64,000 nucleotides of DNA from Bugula neritina (Eukaryota > Animalia > Bryozoa), in assembly GCA_964035545.1 (NCBI GenBank), contig OZ037772.1, forward strand, positions 12,398,818 through 12,462,817, written 5' to 3'. Under the pieces are notes generated by a model that was given only the letters and a program-made list of their open reading frames with translations, made no database searches and was not told where the DNA came from. The position numbers and the translations under genes were made by a program. This document shows, in pieces, positions 1 to 16,703 of this stretch (its first letter is position 1; each line of letters opens with the position of its first letter).

Positions 1-3000
1 GAGACGAGCATCATTGACTACCAGGACTACCTCGACATCATCAAGAAACACGTTCACTCCAAGCTGGCTGATGGGGTGGAGCTTAAGACACTGGCTAAAG
101 TAGCGGCAGCCCTGAGGTATACAGATATTTATTATGTTGCATTTTATTTTGTTGTATAGATTTTATATTATGTTATATTTATATTTTACTTTATATAACA
201 GGCTTGCTGTAGAAATAATAATAGCCTAATATTAGTGCATGGCATGGCTATTACTATACTTATTAATTATTACTTATTAGTTATTATTATACTTAATACT
301 TATTATTAGTTCTTAGTTATTACTTACCATATAGCACTGCCTCCCAAAGTTATCTTGGTGAGAAGATTTTCAGCTGCTTGTATAATAATATAAGCATTAC
401 CCGCTATACACTACATTACTGTACATTACATTGCTATACATTACATTACTGTACATTACATTGCTGTACATTACATCGCTATACATTACATTGCTGTACA
501 TTACATTACTATACATTACATTGCTATACATTACATTGCTGTACATTACCCTGCTGTACATTATGTTACTGTACATTACATTACTATACATTACATTACT
601 GTACATTACATTATTGTACATTACATTACTGTACATTACATTACTATAAATTACATTACTGTACATTACATTACTGTACATTGCATTACTGTACATTACG
701 TTACTATACATTACGTTACTATACATTACATTACTATACATTACATTACTATACAGTGAACACTCCAACACCAGCTCTCAGCTGGAGACTGACGAGGAGA
801 CTGGGTCTGCTTACTCCATCAACGCCAGGGCGGCTGACGATGACCCTCCATCCTCTCCTCCCATTCCTCGCAAGTCTGTCAGCGAGAGGAAGTACGACAG
901 CTGGTCTGTCATCAGGAAACTGGTGAGTAGTGGCAGCAATGTGTATTACTCTGCACAGTTGTAACTGTGTTATTTTATACAGCAGAGGCAGCAATGTGTT
1001 TTACTTTTTATTGTAGTAGTCATTAATCTAGTTTCCACTTTTTACTTTTCTTTGTTTGCCTTTGACTTTCTACTTTATTGCATTAGGTTTTGTTTAATAT
1101 ATATGGGTCAAGTAGGTATGTAGGTTAGGTAGGTATGTAGGTCAGGTAGATATGTAGGTCAGGTAAGTATGTAGGTCAGGTAGGTATGTAGGTCAGGTAG
1201 GTGTGTAGGTCAGGTAGGTACAGTATTGTAATCACACAGTATATTAGTGGAACACCATCTCACTCCTCACTCCACTTCTATAGATGAAACTGGAGACATT
1301 CAAGAACCTGACGAGTGTGTTTGGGAATCAGAAGGTCAAGTCTAGCTACTCTAGTCAGAACAGAGCTCTCGCCTTTGGTAAGATGAGTTGGCCTAGTTAT
1401 AGACCTGACTGTGTGAATATTGTGTCTAAGTTGACCTAGTTATAGACCTGACTGTGTGAATATTGTGCTTAAGTTGACCTAGTTATAGATTGTCTCCTCT
1501 ATAAGCTACGGGAAGTACAGCACAGAATAGATAATATATACAACTGCTGTGGTGGTAACAACTCCTAATTCAAAAGATTTTGCTGCATATTACACTTTGG
1601 TCATGTAATAATATTTTTTACAGATTCCAGTAAAGCTGAGTTAAGACTCTCCAAGTCGTTTGAAGGAGGGCACAACACTGACCTTGAAGCAAGGTCACCT
1701 CATCCTGATGACCTTGTGCATATCCCAGACTCTGGTGTGATTTCCCAGAGAAGGTTGGAGTTATGTTCTTTTTAAAAAGAAACTTTAATAAAGATTCGTG
1801 TGCTGTTAATTTTAATATTTTATTTCAGTGTTTATCTGTTATACTATTAGAAAAATTCAAAAATTAACTTCAAAATGTAGTTTGATTCATTGAGTTTTTA
1901 TACTGCTGTAAAGTTTCTTGACAATGGCTGTAAACAATTTTTTAAAATGAAAAATCAGAATTGTAAATTTGTGCAAAGAATTTGCTGAAGTTTTTAATTC
2001 TTTTATTTTAGTATAAACAATAACTTGTATGAAACTTGAATCCCCAATTCAGAGACTAAACCTCACTGTGTGACTTGTGTGAGGATGTATAGTGACTCAT
2101 CTACATAAACATATGGTGTGGTAACTCCAAATACATATCTTGCAGGAAATCTTCTAAGCAGGCTCCGCCTTTAAAAAGCCTTCAGAGAGGAAGTCTCCGA
2201 GAAAACTCCGTGGCGGCAGACAGCTTGAATTTACCGAAATCTATCAGGAGGAAGTCGCAGAAGTTCAGCAGCCAAAAGAGGAGACGAATAAAGTGAGTCG
2301 GATTCAGTGGCACTTGACTAGACGCTTTGTGTGACGTGACGCTGTGTGTGACGTGACACTGTGTGCGACGCCATATTGAAATATTTTTTCTGTGATTACA
2401 TGATAGCATTTGCAACCTCAGTCGTATTCATGAACAACTTTAAATAATATGTGTAAAAGTTGCCTTCAAATGCTTCTGTTGTCAATTTTTGGCATTGCAT
2501 TATAACTTTGCTGAATCTGTACTTCACACATATTAGGTGTAAATACAATATATAGTGAATGTAGCGCACATAGTAAGTGGATATAGTAAGTATACATATT
2601 TAGTGGACATAGTAAGTGACTATAGTAAGTAGATATTATAGTAAGTATATATAGTAAGTACATATAGTAAATAGATATAGTAAGTGAATATAGTAAGTAT
2701 ATATATTATGTACATATTATAGTGAGTATATACCATTCCTTCTCAACTACCCTCAGTTACAAAGTCTTGCTTTGCTTACTTCTCGCTCGACCTCTCCACT
2801 CTGAGTTTATGTATTCAAATTGATATTTTGCTTGTAGATCTCTGTTTCGCAGAGTCATCAATAACAACCAGATAGGCGCAACCATGGCGACGGAGACTAT
2901 GCAGACCGACACTGTCATGTTCGATGATGTAACAGCTACAGCTAGTGACGTCAGAACTACAATTGATGACGTCAGAGCCAAAACTGATGATGTAACAGCT

Positions 3001-3141
3001 ACGACTGCTGATGTAACAGCTGAAACTAGTGATCTCAAAGCTATAACGAATGGTGTAAGAGTTACAAGTGATGATGTCACAGCCACAACTGATGATGTCA
3101 CAGCTAAAAGTGGTGATGTCAGAGCTTCAACTGGTGACTAA
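1..3141 (+). CDS. 3' part of an unidentified spliced gene (5' end outside the window), mostly low-complexity S/R/K-rich C-terminus
   Basis: Phase-consistent GT-AG exons 1-116, 757-922, 1284-1377, 1624-1753, 2146-2292, 2838-3141(TAA) give one open frame (ETSIIDYQDYLDIIKKH...RRVINNNQIGATMATETMQ...GD*). AATAAA near 3328. The first exon weakly resembles the end of a cyclic-nucleotide-binding domain, but this is not supportable from the fragment alone. Confidence 0.8.
400..756. repeat. 15-bp intronic minisatellite (GTACATTACATTACT-like, ~24 copies) ending at a splice acceptor
   Basis: Directly visible; the last unit supplies ATACAG at 751-756. Explains spurious ORFs 378..926, 397..771 and 431..649. 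Confidence 0.95.
1111..1220. repeat. 17-bp minisatellite GTAGGTATGTAGGTCAG (~6 copies)
   Basis: Directly visible tandem units in an intron. Confidence 0.9.
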
Positions 3142-3637
3142 ATATAATAATGGACGGTGAATGAAGAGCTCAGCTCTAACTTGAAATCCAGAATCCTTGC
3201 TTGTGATAGAGACGGATGACAAACTGCATTTTATTTTATACACTTAGTTCAACAAGATTTTTTGAATGTTCTTTATTTCTGATATGTTAATATTTCATAG
3301 AAAATGTCGTATTTTGGTATTTAGTTGAAATAAATAATTCCTAACACCTATACAATATCAGTTTGAAAAAGAATTTTATACATGATAGAAGTTGGATTTC
3401 ACATCCAGGTGGTTCTGTAATTATCGAAGCCCTGGCCATGTTTAGAACTCCACTACCAATAAACTATAAAGTCTATTATTGCAACAGTTGTTCCATGATT
3501 ATAAACATTTGCCAGAAATCTTCCTTGTAAAGGGGTTAACGGCACCTTGGACCTCCCTCCCCGCCCCAACTTGCTTGGGCACTGGCCGCAGCTTCTAACA
3601 TTTTACAAAACAAAATCTTTGACTTTTAACTTTATAA

Positions 3638-5720
3638 ATATGCACACCTTCAGACCTATTCAGCTTTATATGACTATTACTCACTTTATATACTTATTAT
3701 AGTACAGCGTAAGATTATTTGTAGGAATTACATACAAAATAATGTGAATCATTGACATTATAATAGTTGATAAATGCTTCTATTAAAGTTTAGACGGATA
3801 AATTACACAGACTGTTTACAAGCTGTAACTATGTACATTGCTGGGCAAACACTGTAACTTGTATTATACCTTCGTAAACCTGAGAATGAACAAACTAGTC
3901 AACTAAATTAAAATCAATAACATTGTATTGTTTTTCATTCTTTGGAGTGGAACTCAGACAGCTATAATAAAAAGTATGCCATAACATTGATAATAGAATT
4001 GATTTCTGATCATCCAATTACAATATTCAATAAAGTTCAATTGTCTCCTTTACTTTAGTATGCATATATATAAAACTATTATTATAACATAATTCATTGT
4101 ATACTTTGTTTAATAAAGTAAACAGAGTATTTCTATGGTTTATAATATATATCCATGTTATTCTAATTGTATGTTATTCCATCACTAGGTTACCTAACAT
4201 AATATTTGATTTTACCGGCCATAGACTCAATCTTGTCCATGCATTACCTACAATGTTAACACAGGTTGAGGTGTATACATATAAAGTTAAATAGAGCTAT
4301 AGTATGATAAAATTTGATTATAACATTTAGTAGTATTAATAATGTCATGTGTACATCATCAACAATATCCTAAACAATAACTAAACGTCATACATGTTGG
4401 TGTAGAAATTAAATACTTCAGAAAGGTATAGTCTATAGTCTAACAAAACGCTATAGCATCATCATTCTCTTTAGTTAGAGAGCAAGACAGAAGAAAGTTT
4501 TACTGTTTAATCACTTCAAGTTGAGAGCTGTTGAAGCTATATACAGAACTTAATTATATGAGAGGAGGAAAAAATTAGTGAGGAAAATGAATTAGAAGAG
4601 TCACTAAAACTGCATTACAAAATAGTAATACTAAGTCTGAAATAGTTCTGGTACAATAGGAAGGTAGTGTGGAGGTTTGCTCTTGGTTTCTGTATAACTT
4701 ACTATCATGTATGCTATTTGTATAAAAACGTCAACTCCAGTTGCCTGCATGACTGTTCCATATATACTATATTATATTATAATTGTGTTATTATTATCTT
4801 ATATTAAATCATATTTGAATATATTGTAATTATACTATATTATACTATAATTGTGTTATTATTGTGTTAAATTATAGTATATTAGATTATATAATATATA
4901 TATATGCACACCTCCAGACTTATTCAGCTTTATATAACTATTACACACTTTGTATACTTATTATAGTATAGTGTATGATTAATTTTAGGAATTACATACA
5001 AAATATTGTGAATCATTGACATTGTAATTGTTGATAAATGCTTCTATTAAAGTTTAGACAGATAAATTACATACAGACTGTTTACAAGCTGTAACTCTGT
5101 ACATTGCTGGGCAAACACTGTAACTTGTATTATACCTTCCTAAAAACATGAGAATGAACAAACTAGTCACCTAAATTAAAATCAATAACTTTTTATTGTT
5201 TTTCATTGCTTTGGAGTTGAACTCAGCCGGCTATAATAAAAAGTCTGCATCAACATTGATAATAGAATTGATTTCTGATCATCCAATTACAATATTCAAT
5301 GAAGTTCAATTGTCTCCTTTACTTTAGTATGCATATATAGTATAATTATTATATAAAACTATTATATATATATAGGACTATTATAACATATAATTTATTG
5401 TATACTTTGTTCAATAAAGTAAGCAGAGTATTTCTATGGCTTATATTATATATCCATGTTATTCTAATTGCATGTTATTCCATCACTAGGTTACCTTACA
5501 TGCAAGTTAATTTTACTGGCCATAGACTCAATCTTGTCCATGCATTACCTACAATGTTAACACAGGTTGAGGTATATATATAAAGTTATAGAACTATAGT
5601 ATGATAAAATTTGATTATATAATTTAGTAGTACTAATAGTTTCATGTGTACATAATCAACAATATCCTAAAACAATAACTAAACGTCATACATGTTGGTG
5701 TAGAAATCAAATGCTTCAAA
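3638..5720 (+). repeat. Direct duplication of a ~0.8-kb block (about 3638-4425 and 4903-5720)
   Basis: Both copies begin ATATGCACACCT(T/C)CAGAC(C/T)TATTCAGCTTTATAT and end TAAACGTCATACATGTTGGTGTAGAAAT; ORFs 4097 and 5398 are near-identical as a result. Confidence 0.92.
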
Positions 5721-6610
5721 AGGCGTTATTTACTGCTGCTGTTACGTCCCTTCTAATATGGAGTGTTGTGTAGAAAATGTGACTCGTTAAGTGATTGCTC
5801 AGTTTTCTAGCCATAAACTTGTTTTAAAATTAAATAACAAATTGTTTCAAATCTAAATAAACATATTAGAAGGCTGTGAATTCTATAGGTGGCTACAAGA
5901 TTGAGAATATTCCAGATTAATGTATATCTTTGACTCTAATCTGTTCCTGATGTGAAATAGAATAGAATTTACTAGACAGTGCTGCCCTGCCCTGACCTGC
6001 CACGCCCTTTCCTGCTACAGGAATACTACATAAAATCCCCAACCAGAACAGTTTGCTAGGCAGAGTTTTGATCTGAACCTGACAGTTCCCATAATTATAT
6101 GTAATTCTCATACTTTTAACACTTAAGGAAAGAATGACTGGAGAAACATTGAAGTTTCATGCATGTTTCAGCTCTTTTAGATTAGAAGTTTGCCTTCGCA
6201 GAATTTCATTCAAGAGAAGCTCAAACAACAAAAGAATCAGTTTCATGTAGTCTAAACTATTAGCTGAATAGTCAGCTCTCCTATTTCATTCAACTTCTTT
6301 ATTGCTGCCCATTCATTATACAATAATATTAGACTCCAAACCTATTTGATTAATAACACAAATATTCACAATGAACCCGCTGCCTTAAAAAATAATGATT
6401 GCATCATCACCGCTGACCAATTAGCAATCTCATATGAAAATAAACTAATCAACAGTTTTTCGTTTAGCAATCTTACTGGTTTAACTCATTACGTATTGGG
6501 AAGTCATACCACTAGGTGAGGCTGAAAGAGCTGAGTGGAGAAAGAGAGAGCTGGCCGAGGTAAGAGAGAATTCTATTTATACTAGGAGTGAAATGGAGTT
6601 ATCGAGTTAC

Positions 6611-6650
6611 ACACACGCGCACGCACATGCGCACGCGCACACGCACACAC

Positions 6651-6731
<81 letters not shown>

Positions 6732-6775
6732 GTATATATATGTATGTATGTATATATATGTATGTATGTATATAT
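6611..6775. repeat. (CA/CG)n + (TA)n + (TATG)n compound microsatellite
   Basis: Directly visible. Confidence 0.95.
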
Positions 6776-6860
6776 AGTAAGTCCTATTATGAAACTGGTA
6801 TTATAGTTGAGATGGAATGACTCACAATACTCATATGATATATTTTTTCCCGTTCAGGTA

Positions 6861-9373
<2,513 letters not shown>

Positions 9374-10285
9374 CTCTTTGCAAAACTTCAAATCTCAAAG
9401 TACGGAGTGAAAACTTATTCATAATAATATGAAGAGGCTACGTCTCAATTTACCTTCAAGTCATAGATTAGGAGATACAAGCATTGCTGCACAAGATCTT
9501 GTTAATTTTTGGCACAGTCGCTTCCCCTCGAACTAGTATCTAATTTATTTACATGTAGAAACGTTGTGCACACAAGCCTTCGCACACACACACTATTATT
9601 ACTATACTTATATATCTAATATTATGCCATATTATCATATATATTATTATTATATTATATATAAAGCCATATCATATGCATATTATAGTACATAAGGCAA
9701 TATATCTTACACCATTACATAATATTTATTAGATGCTTCATATTAAATAATATAGCTTTATATTACAGTATACATAATTATATATTAAATAACAAAATTG
9801 ATGTGATAAACTATAAACTTTGCTAACAGCTGCTTTTAGTTTTATGAGTTTTATAATTTTATACTATTTACTGTTTGTGCTTGTTTATGCTGTAATGGTT
9901 GGTTACTTGAAGTATTTATTGATTTTTCTACATTTATTTACTTTGTTTTCACTATGTTGCAAACAAGAATGTTATATACTTTTATTGAGCTGTTTCTATA
10001 TATTATATAATATAATACTTATGACGCACCACATAGTGATATTGAATATAAAATGCCAGTATTTTATTTCTTAATGTTTTAGACACAACATGAAATATAC
10101 ATATTCAGATAATAGTGGCACAGTATACACAACAATTATAGACACACAAGTATATAATAAGAAATAATATATAAAACCTAAAGCAATAAATAGTAAATAT
10201 ATAATTTATGTTGATATGTAGCCTAGCAACTATATACTCAAGTGTTTACAACTTGAGAGTAGATAACGTCATATGCTTCCCTGTT

Positions 10286-10693
10286 ACACTGTAGTCTAAC
10301 ATGTGTGTATTATACTGTAGTATAACATGTGTGTATTATACTGTAGTATAACATCTGTGTATTATACTGTAGTATAACATGTGTGTATTATACTGTAGTA
10401 TAACATGTGTGTAGTATGCTGTAGTATAACATGTGTGTATTATACTGTAGTATAACATGTGTGTAGTATACTGTAGTATAACATGTGTGTATTATACTGT
10501 AGTATAACATGTGTGTATTATACTGTAGTATAACATGTGTGTATTATACTGTAGTATAACATGTGTGTATTATACTGTAGTATAACATGTGTGTATTATA
10601 CTGTAGTATAACATGTGTATTATACTGTAGTATACCATGTGTGTATTATACTGTAGTATAACATGTGTGTATTATATACTGTAGTGTAACATG
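10286..10693. repeat. 26-bp minisatellite TACTGTAGTATAACATGTGTGTATTA (~15 copies)
   Basis: Directly visible. Confidence 0.95.
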
Positions 10694-10965
10694 GAAGTTG
10701 CCCCTAATTGAAATTGGACAAACCTTTTCAGCTAACAATATTTAATTGCTCCATTTCACTCTACTTTTGAAATTAAAGTAAAAAATATGGTTTTGACTAA
10801 TTTGAAATATACAGTATTATATTTTATAAAGTAAGTAATTCATATAAGAAAAATATACACATATCAATATTACTATATAACTCAGTAAAGTTCAGGAGAT
10901 GATAACTCTGATGACATCATGATGTGAATATCTATACAGTTATTTATAGTTGACAGACAATAGAG

Positions 10966-12395
10966 TCATTGATGTTGCTTTAGAGTGGACGACTCCTTCT
11001 TCAGCACATTTAGCAGTGTCTGTGAACTTTCTAGTATCTGTAATGGGAGGACAACTCACAATATTAAAAGGTTCGGAAAAGAGTTATAGGAGTAAAATGT
11101 AATAATAGTAGCCTTAGTTCTAGAATATAGACTTGTGGATTCAACTGAGAGGGACTGAACTTCAATAGGAAGAAATATTATTGGATGTTTATTTTATACC
11201 AAAAGCCAGCAAATATTTATATGTGAACACAAGAAGCATGCATAACACACAACTGGTCACATGACTCGTACAATCTCAAATGACTTAGGTGATACACAAC
11301 TAGTCACATGACTCGTACAATGTCACATGACCCAAGTGATACACAACTAGTCACATGACTTGCGCAATCTCACATGACCCAGGCGATACATACCTTCATG
11401 TATGCAGCTTCAGTTTCAGCTATAGTTTTATCAAACTCATTACGTTGTGCCATTTTCTTCGCTAAACTTTCATTAACTTTAGCCAGCCGCTCTGTCAAAA
11501 CTCGGATATCATTTTGAATTCTGTTCTTTTCTTCCTCCTCTAGAATGGTCTGCCTATGTAATTCATCTCGCTTTGAGCATAAATCTTCTATACCTAAAAT
11601 ACAAGTTTCAATGAAATAAGTGGGATACTTCGAAAGATTTTTTGCTTTTTTCCTTAAAGTGATATTTTGGAAACAACCAAAGAAATTATTTTAATGAAAT
11701 TCATATAAAGTATGAAAATCTCTTTTAGACAATCAAATGATTAGGAATCACGAATTTAACTAAAAGTTTTCTGTATCAAGTTGAGTTATATGAAGTTATC
11801 TACAGTACAGGCAGCAAATACTAGAACAAACTACAGGGAATGAAAAATTTTAGGCACAATAAGGAAAATGTTTTTTTAGAAAACCTGGTTTATATAGACA
11901 ATTATCAAAGAATACTATTTGCAATACACTATACTTAATGTGATTAATTCTGACCTAGAGACAGAGGCCCTTTACTTAAGAATTGAAAGTGGACATCAAA
12001 ATCAAGTTGAAATCGCTGAATATAAAAGTAGAATTAAAATAGCTAGCCATATTTGATTAAATTTTTGGGGTTATTCTAAATTTTAATTTGATAAACTATT
12101 TTCAGTTCTACTCTCCTACAGTTCTAGTGCCAAAGTTGAAGTATCTATGATCATGATGACAATAATATAAGTATAAGTTCTTCATTTTTACTTTCATGAT
12201 TAAACTTTTAATAATACTTCAATATACTAAATTATTCATAGTGATTGTGACTTTTCAAGTTGAACTACGTGATTCGAGGTTAAACCAAAGCAAAGGTCAA
12301 TAATATCAATGAATATTAATATTAATATGAATCATGAACTTACATTTTACTAATTCATTATTATAACTTTGAAGAGCGGCTCCTTGTTGTGACAT
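10966..12395 (-). CDS. SSNA1: Sjogren syndrome nuclear autoantigen 1 / NA14 / DIP13 (microtubule/centriole coiled-coil protein), 107 aa
   Basis: Exons 12395-12344, 11593-11394, 11037-10966 give [32 protein letters not shown]...[39 protein letters not shown], matching the SSNA1 signature. Absent from the ORF track because it is spliced. Confidence 0.97.
11247..11390. repeat. 47-bp x3 repeat containing GTCACATGAC, abutting the SSNA1 exon 2 donor
   Basis: Directly visible. Confidence 0.9.
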
Positions 12396-12744
12396 TACAG
12401 TTAATTTTATTGACTAAGTCAGTAGTTGTTTATTCAGCAAAACAGTGGAAGCCCAATGAGAGATTTAGTTAAAATTCAAAAAAGTACGGGAGAGTGTTAT
12501 TGTTGTCAATCAAACAATGTGACGTCAGGGAGATAATATGTATAAGTTACTCGCCAAAATATGAGGTCTCGAGTAAGTGTTGTATAGTATCCAGTTATCA
12601 AATCATACTGCTTCTCACAAACAGCGGTCATCGTTTGCAAGCATGCGCAGTCTATTTCCGCTTTGTCTCCATAGACGCCCTGCCTAATCATAAAAGTGGG
12701 TGTTCAATCTTTTCAATTGTGTATTCTTGCAATAACTAGTAAGT
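12396..12744. promoter_or_regulatory. Putative bidirectional promoter for SSNA1 (-) and AKNA (+)
   Basis: Locally CpG-richer; perfect CRE TGACGTCA at 12520-12527; degenerate X-box-like GTCTCCATAGAC at 12665-12676; + strand donor GTAAGT at 12739 suggests a non-coding AKNA first exon. Confidence 0.55.
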
Positions 12745-15700
12745 GATTTTATGTTGCTTTGAAGTGATTGAAAAGTTTTTTTTAAATGAATAATTGCAAT
12801 AGATAATAGGGTTATGATATCAATATGCAATTGCATAAGCTTTCAAGTTTGCACGCATGAGATGGTAAAGTTGAACCTAAAGTTAATCCTATCAGTATCA
12901 CTATCAGTATGAGTATCAACGAGTACCGCTGGCGGTACGACAGTCGACAACTCAACTGCAACTGATCTTGATGATGATCAACAATTTAATTCTATTATAG
13001 TTAATTCTTGAATGAAATTATAATGTGAAATTAATAATAATATTATATTTAATTCAATATCAATATGAATATGAAGATTTTTGTTAATCATAATATCAAT
13101 ATTTTTAATATAGTTTTCATTTACTTTTAGTGATAATCATTACATTATCATAATGATAATGGTGATCATGGTTGGGGGTTGTAATGTAAAGTTTAATGTT
13201 TTATCTCTATCTTTTATTTTTAAATTCATTTTGTCTTTTAATTTTATGGTTTATTAATTAGTTAAGCTTTGCCTGAGTTCTAATATGTTTTCTAATTTAC
13301 TAGTCAATCTTTTGAATAAACTTTTAGCCATAAGTATTTGGTTATTAATTTTGTTTATGAACTCCTTAATTATTTCTATTTACATGTATGTACTACCTCA
13401 AAAACAAAAGTGATTATGGCTTATTTCTATGCAAGTTCAATCAGTACTCAATTTTTTATTTTATATCTATAATCATAATTGATGTATTTTACTGTTTAAA
13501 TTTTTAAAACCAATGATTAAACTTGAAATCAAATGACATGAAGATACAGCACAATTTTGTGTTCATCTCATTTTACACCTTGACATGTAGTGGAAATACT
13601 GTTAAGATTTTCAGATTTAGGGTTGATGTGCCACCAAGAGAGTCTATTTATCACTAGAGAAACTTCACCGAGTTAAGTCGAGTAGATATCGTTATATTTT
13701 AATACAAGAATACATAATAAAATCTAATGTACAACAGTAATGATACGCACGTCTATTTAATTTACAGCACTATCCTCAACTGAGCTAGAAGCTGCTACTT
13801 TTACTCATAAAACAGCCTAGCTAATTGGCTAATACATTGTTCCGGGTCAATACGCAACCTTGCGTATTGTGTTGCTGGTAGCTCCACGAGCCACCACAAT
13901 ACTTGAATTTCAATCATACAAGCATATCAAGAAATCAGGTTTTAAGCTAGTTGAAAAATGGCCAAGTAAATATAATTATTGTGTGTATATTTAAATTTTA
14001 CATTACTTATTTAAGTTATTAATGCTTCATTAAATGTTTAGTTATTTGATCTATTGATTTTACAAACTGTGCTATACCTGCTAATTGCTGTGATATCGTG
14101 TGTTGGCTAAATTTATTTTTGCTATCACTAATGCAAGCTGTTTTGGTGAACTGAACATTTACAGACTAACCTAAACCAGTCATTCTTACATAGTATTATG
14201 AAATATATTATCTGCTCCTCTGTGGTAAGATGTGATATTGCAACAGCTGTCTCCAGGTAGTCATATTGATTTTAAAGATGTACTCAAACTCCACAGAAAC
14301 TCTTAAACTAACTTGTTATGGTCTTATCATACTGACTGTTACTCTATTCACACTTCTTAGTCTAATTTAGTCAGACCAAATTCCAGTAAGTCAAGTTTAG
14401 TGAAGGTGATGTTAGCCAATTTCTATTCAAGTTAAGCAATGACTTGATTTGAGTTGACTCAATTTATTTTTAATTAAACTTACAAATATTGAACCAAATG
14501 TTTACTTAATCAGATTGATTAGCAATGTGTAAGTAGTTGTTCAATTGAGTTTTAAATATGATTTGTTTACCAAAATTTAAATGAATCCATCACAACACAT
14601 AAATAAATTAAGTTAGTTGAGCAAGTCAAGCTAGGCATAGTTCTGCCATTACTACATATTTGACTTAGAGTGAAGTCATATGAGTGGTTTCTTTCCTTAC
14701 AGTTAAACTATGTTTTACTATTCTTGTTAATACGACTAATGGTTTGAGATTTGATGACATCAAACTGAAACTGTGCTGTTTTATATTTACTAGAGTACCA
14801 TTAACAATGTCTCATTAATTAGGATAACTTTTGCTACTTCAAATAATCATTATTCGCTGCTCATTCATGTTAAACTCAGAGCAGACAACTTCTATAGTCA
14901 AGCTAATAATTGCAATAAATTGCCAGCAAAGAAAATACCAACATAGTATTATATATATTATATATATATATTACATAATGTGAGAAAGTAAACTGCTTAA
15001 AAATAATTCACTAAATTTTCAAGTGTCATTCAACCAACAGAGTTGCTCTCCAAAAATATTAGAGTTCCTTTTTGTAAATATTCCCATGCTTTAGTAGAGA
15101 CCCATGATAGGAACAAGTTGGAATTGTTGCAGAGTATATACATGTTTGTGACTGTCAAAGTGCACGGGATAGACTGTAGGGCCACTGTTTGCCAAGCTAC
15201 AGGTTGACAATGTTTATACCTCGGACTTGTCAGTTACTCAACCAGTTATCAACCAAGCCTACAACCTATTGTCGGAGTAATCAATGATTAAATCAAACAA
15301 AGGCATTCTTACACAGGTGTTATAAAAATAACAGAACCGTTAATTTGCTTTTCAAATTGTTACACAACTAAAAAGTTTTCATTACAATGTTGCTACACTC
15401 TGCTATTGTAACTGTAAATAAAGGTAATGTGATACATGTACAGGACTAATTCTATACTGGCAGTAGGCATGTAAAGGCAGCAAATAGCTAGCGGTACACT
15501 AGTATGTTGACTAACCAACAAAGCTGCCGATTTGAAAAATAAAACAGCTTATATCTGTGTCTTATAAAGTATTGATGATAGAAGTAGAAATGACTGTAAA
15601 TGTCACAGTTTTTATACCGACTACGTACTTCTTTGGTATAAGTTAAAGTTAGCTTAGCTCTGGTTTTAAGGAATTGTCCGCTAATAAAATGAATTTTCTG

Positions 15701-16703
15701 AAACCCTAACAGTTAGAAACCTAGGCTATTTAGTGATAGACTGTTAGAAACTTAGGCTATCTAGTGGTAGACTGGGGGCAGTGATTGCTCATGAATGAAG
15801 GTGCTAAGGCTAGGCAGTATTTACTCTTATCCTGTATTATCTATAAAGCTGTGATTAGTTGAAGTGGGTCCTTTATGCTCATTATAATGACTTTATGTTG
15901 TTACCATGTTTACTTTGTAAGTTTCTTTAATGTTGCTATTTATTAGGACTATCTACTGCATACATTCATTGTACCTACCTGCATACATGCCTTGTATCAA
16001 CCTGCACACAGTGTAGCTAATGCAATGTATAATATCATGGTAGGTTAGTTAAAGTTAACTGCATGGGGTAAGTTTTGTAGTTTAAGTCATCTAACACACT
16101 CCATCGAAGTCTAACTTGAAGCTAAGAGACTATCTTCTATTTTAGCTTAGGTTTCTATTATATTTATCTACAGAACCAGGCTATGTTATGTTGAAACTCA
16201 AGGCTTCTAGTTTTAACCTACCGCAATATTTTAGATTATCCTAATCCAAGGTTTAGTTTAAATTATACACATAAAACAGAACAAACTAAAGTCCCAGCTA
16301 ACTAGATGTTCAGGTTACCTGTTCACTAGTAGAAGCAGTAATTTCTGCAAAAAGTTATCTGTTAGCTAGTTTCTTCTTGTATTAGTAACTCTAACACTTG
16401 GCAGTGTCTATTGGGTTCCTGAGTACACATAGTATACTTTCATTGTAATATTATAGATTACTCCTATTTGACAGTCACTAGAAGTAGATTGTGTGCAGTA
16501 TTTGTTGCTGGGGGGCACTTACTAATGGTTATATAATGATGAACTAGCAAGACTAGTTAAAGAAGACAACTTCAAATCTGCTTTCGCACTAATTTATCTT
16601 TATTTATTGCAGAGTAGAGACATAACAAAGTGCTAAGTTCAACGTATGCTCACATCTGACTTGATGATGTCATATCCTATCTCATGATGTCATACTCTCT
16701 CTC

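Noticed and set aside
378-926. Long Cys/His/Tyr-rich ORFs (also 27075-27705, 32905-33528, 33777-34454, 35733-35958, 6588-6820, 7850-8143)
   Set aside because: Stop-free translations of mini/microsatellites inside introns; the true exons are defined by splice signals, often in other frames.
4097-5583. Twin hydrophobic 61-65 aa ORFs as small membrane proteins
   Set aside because: TTG starts, AT-rich composition and no splice or promoter support; the similarity is explained by the segmental duplication.
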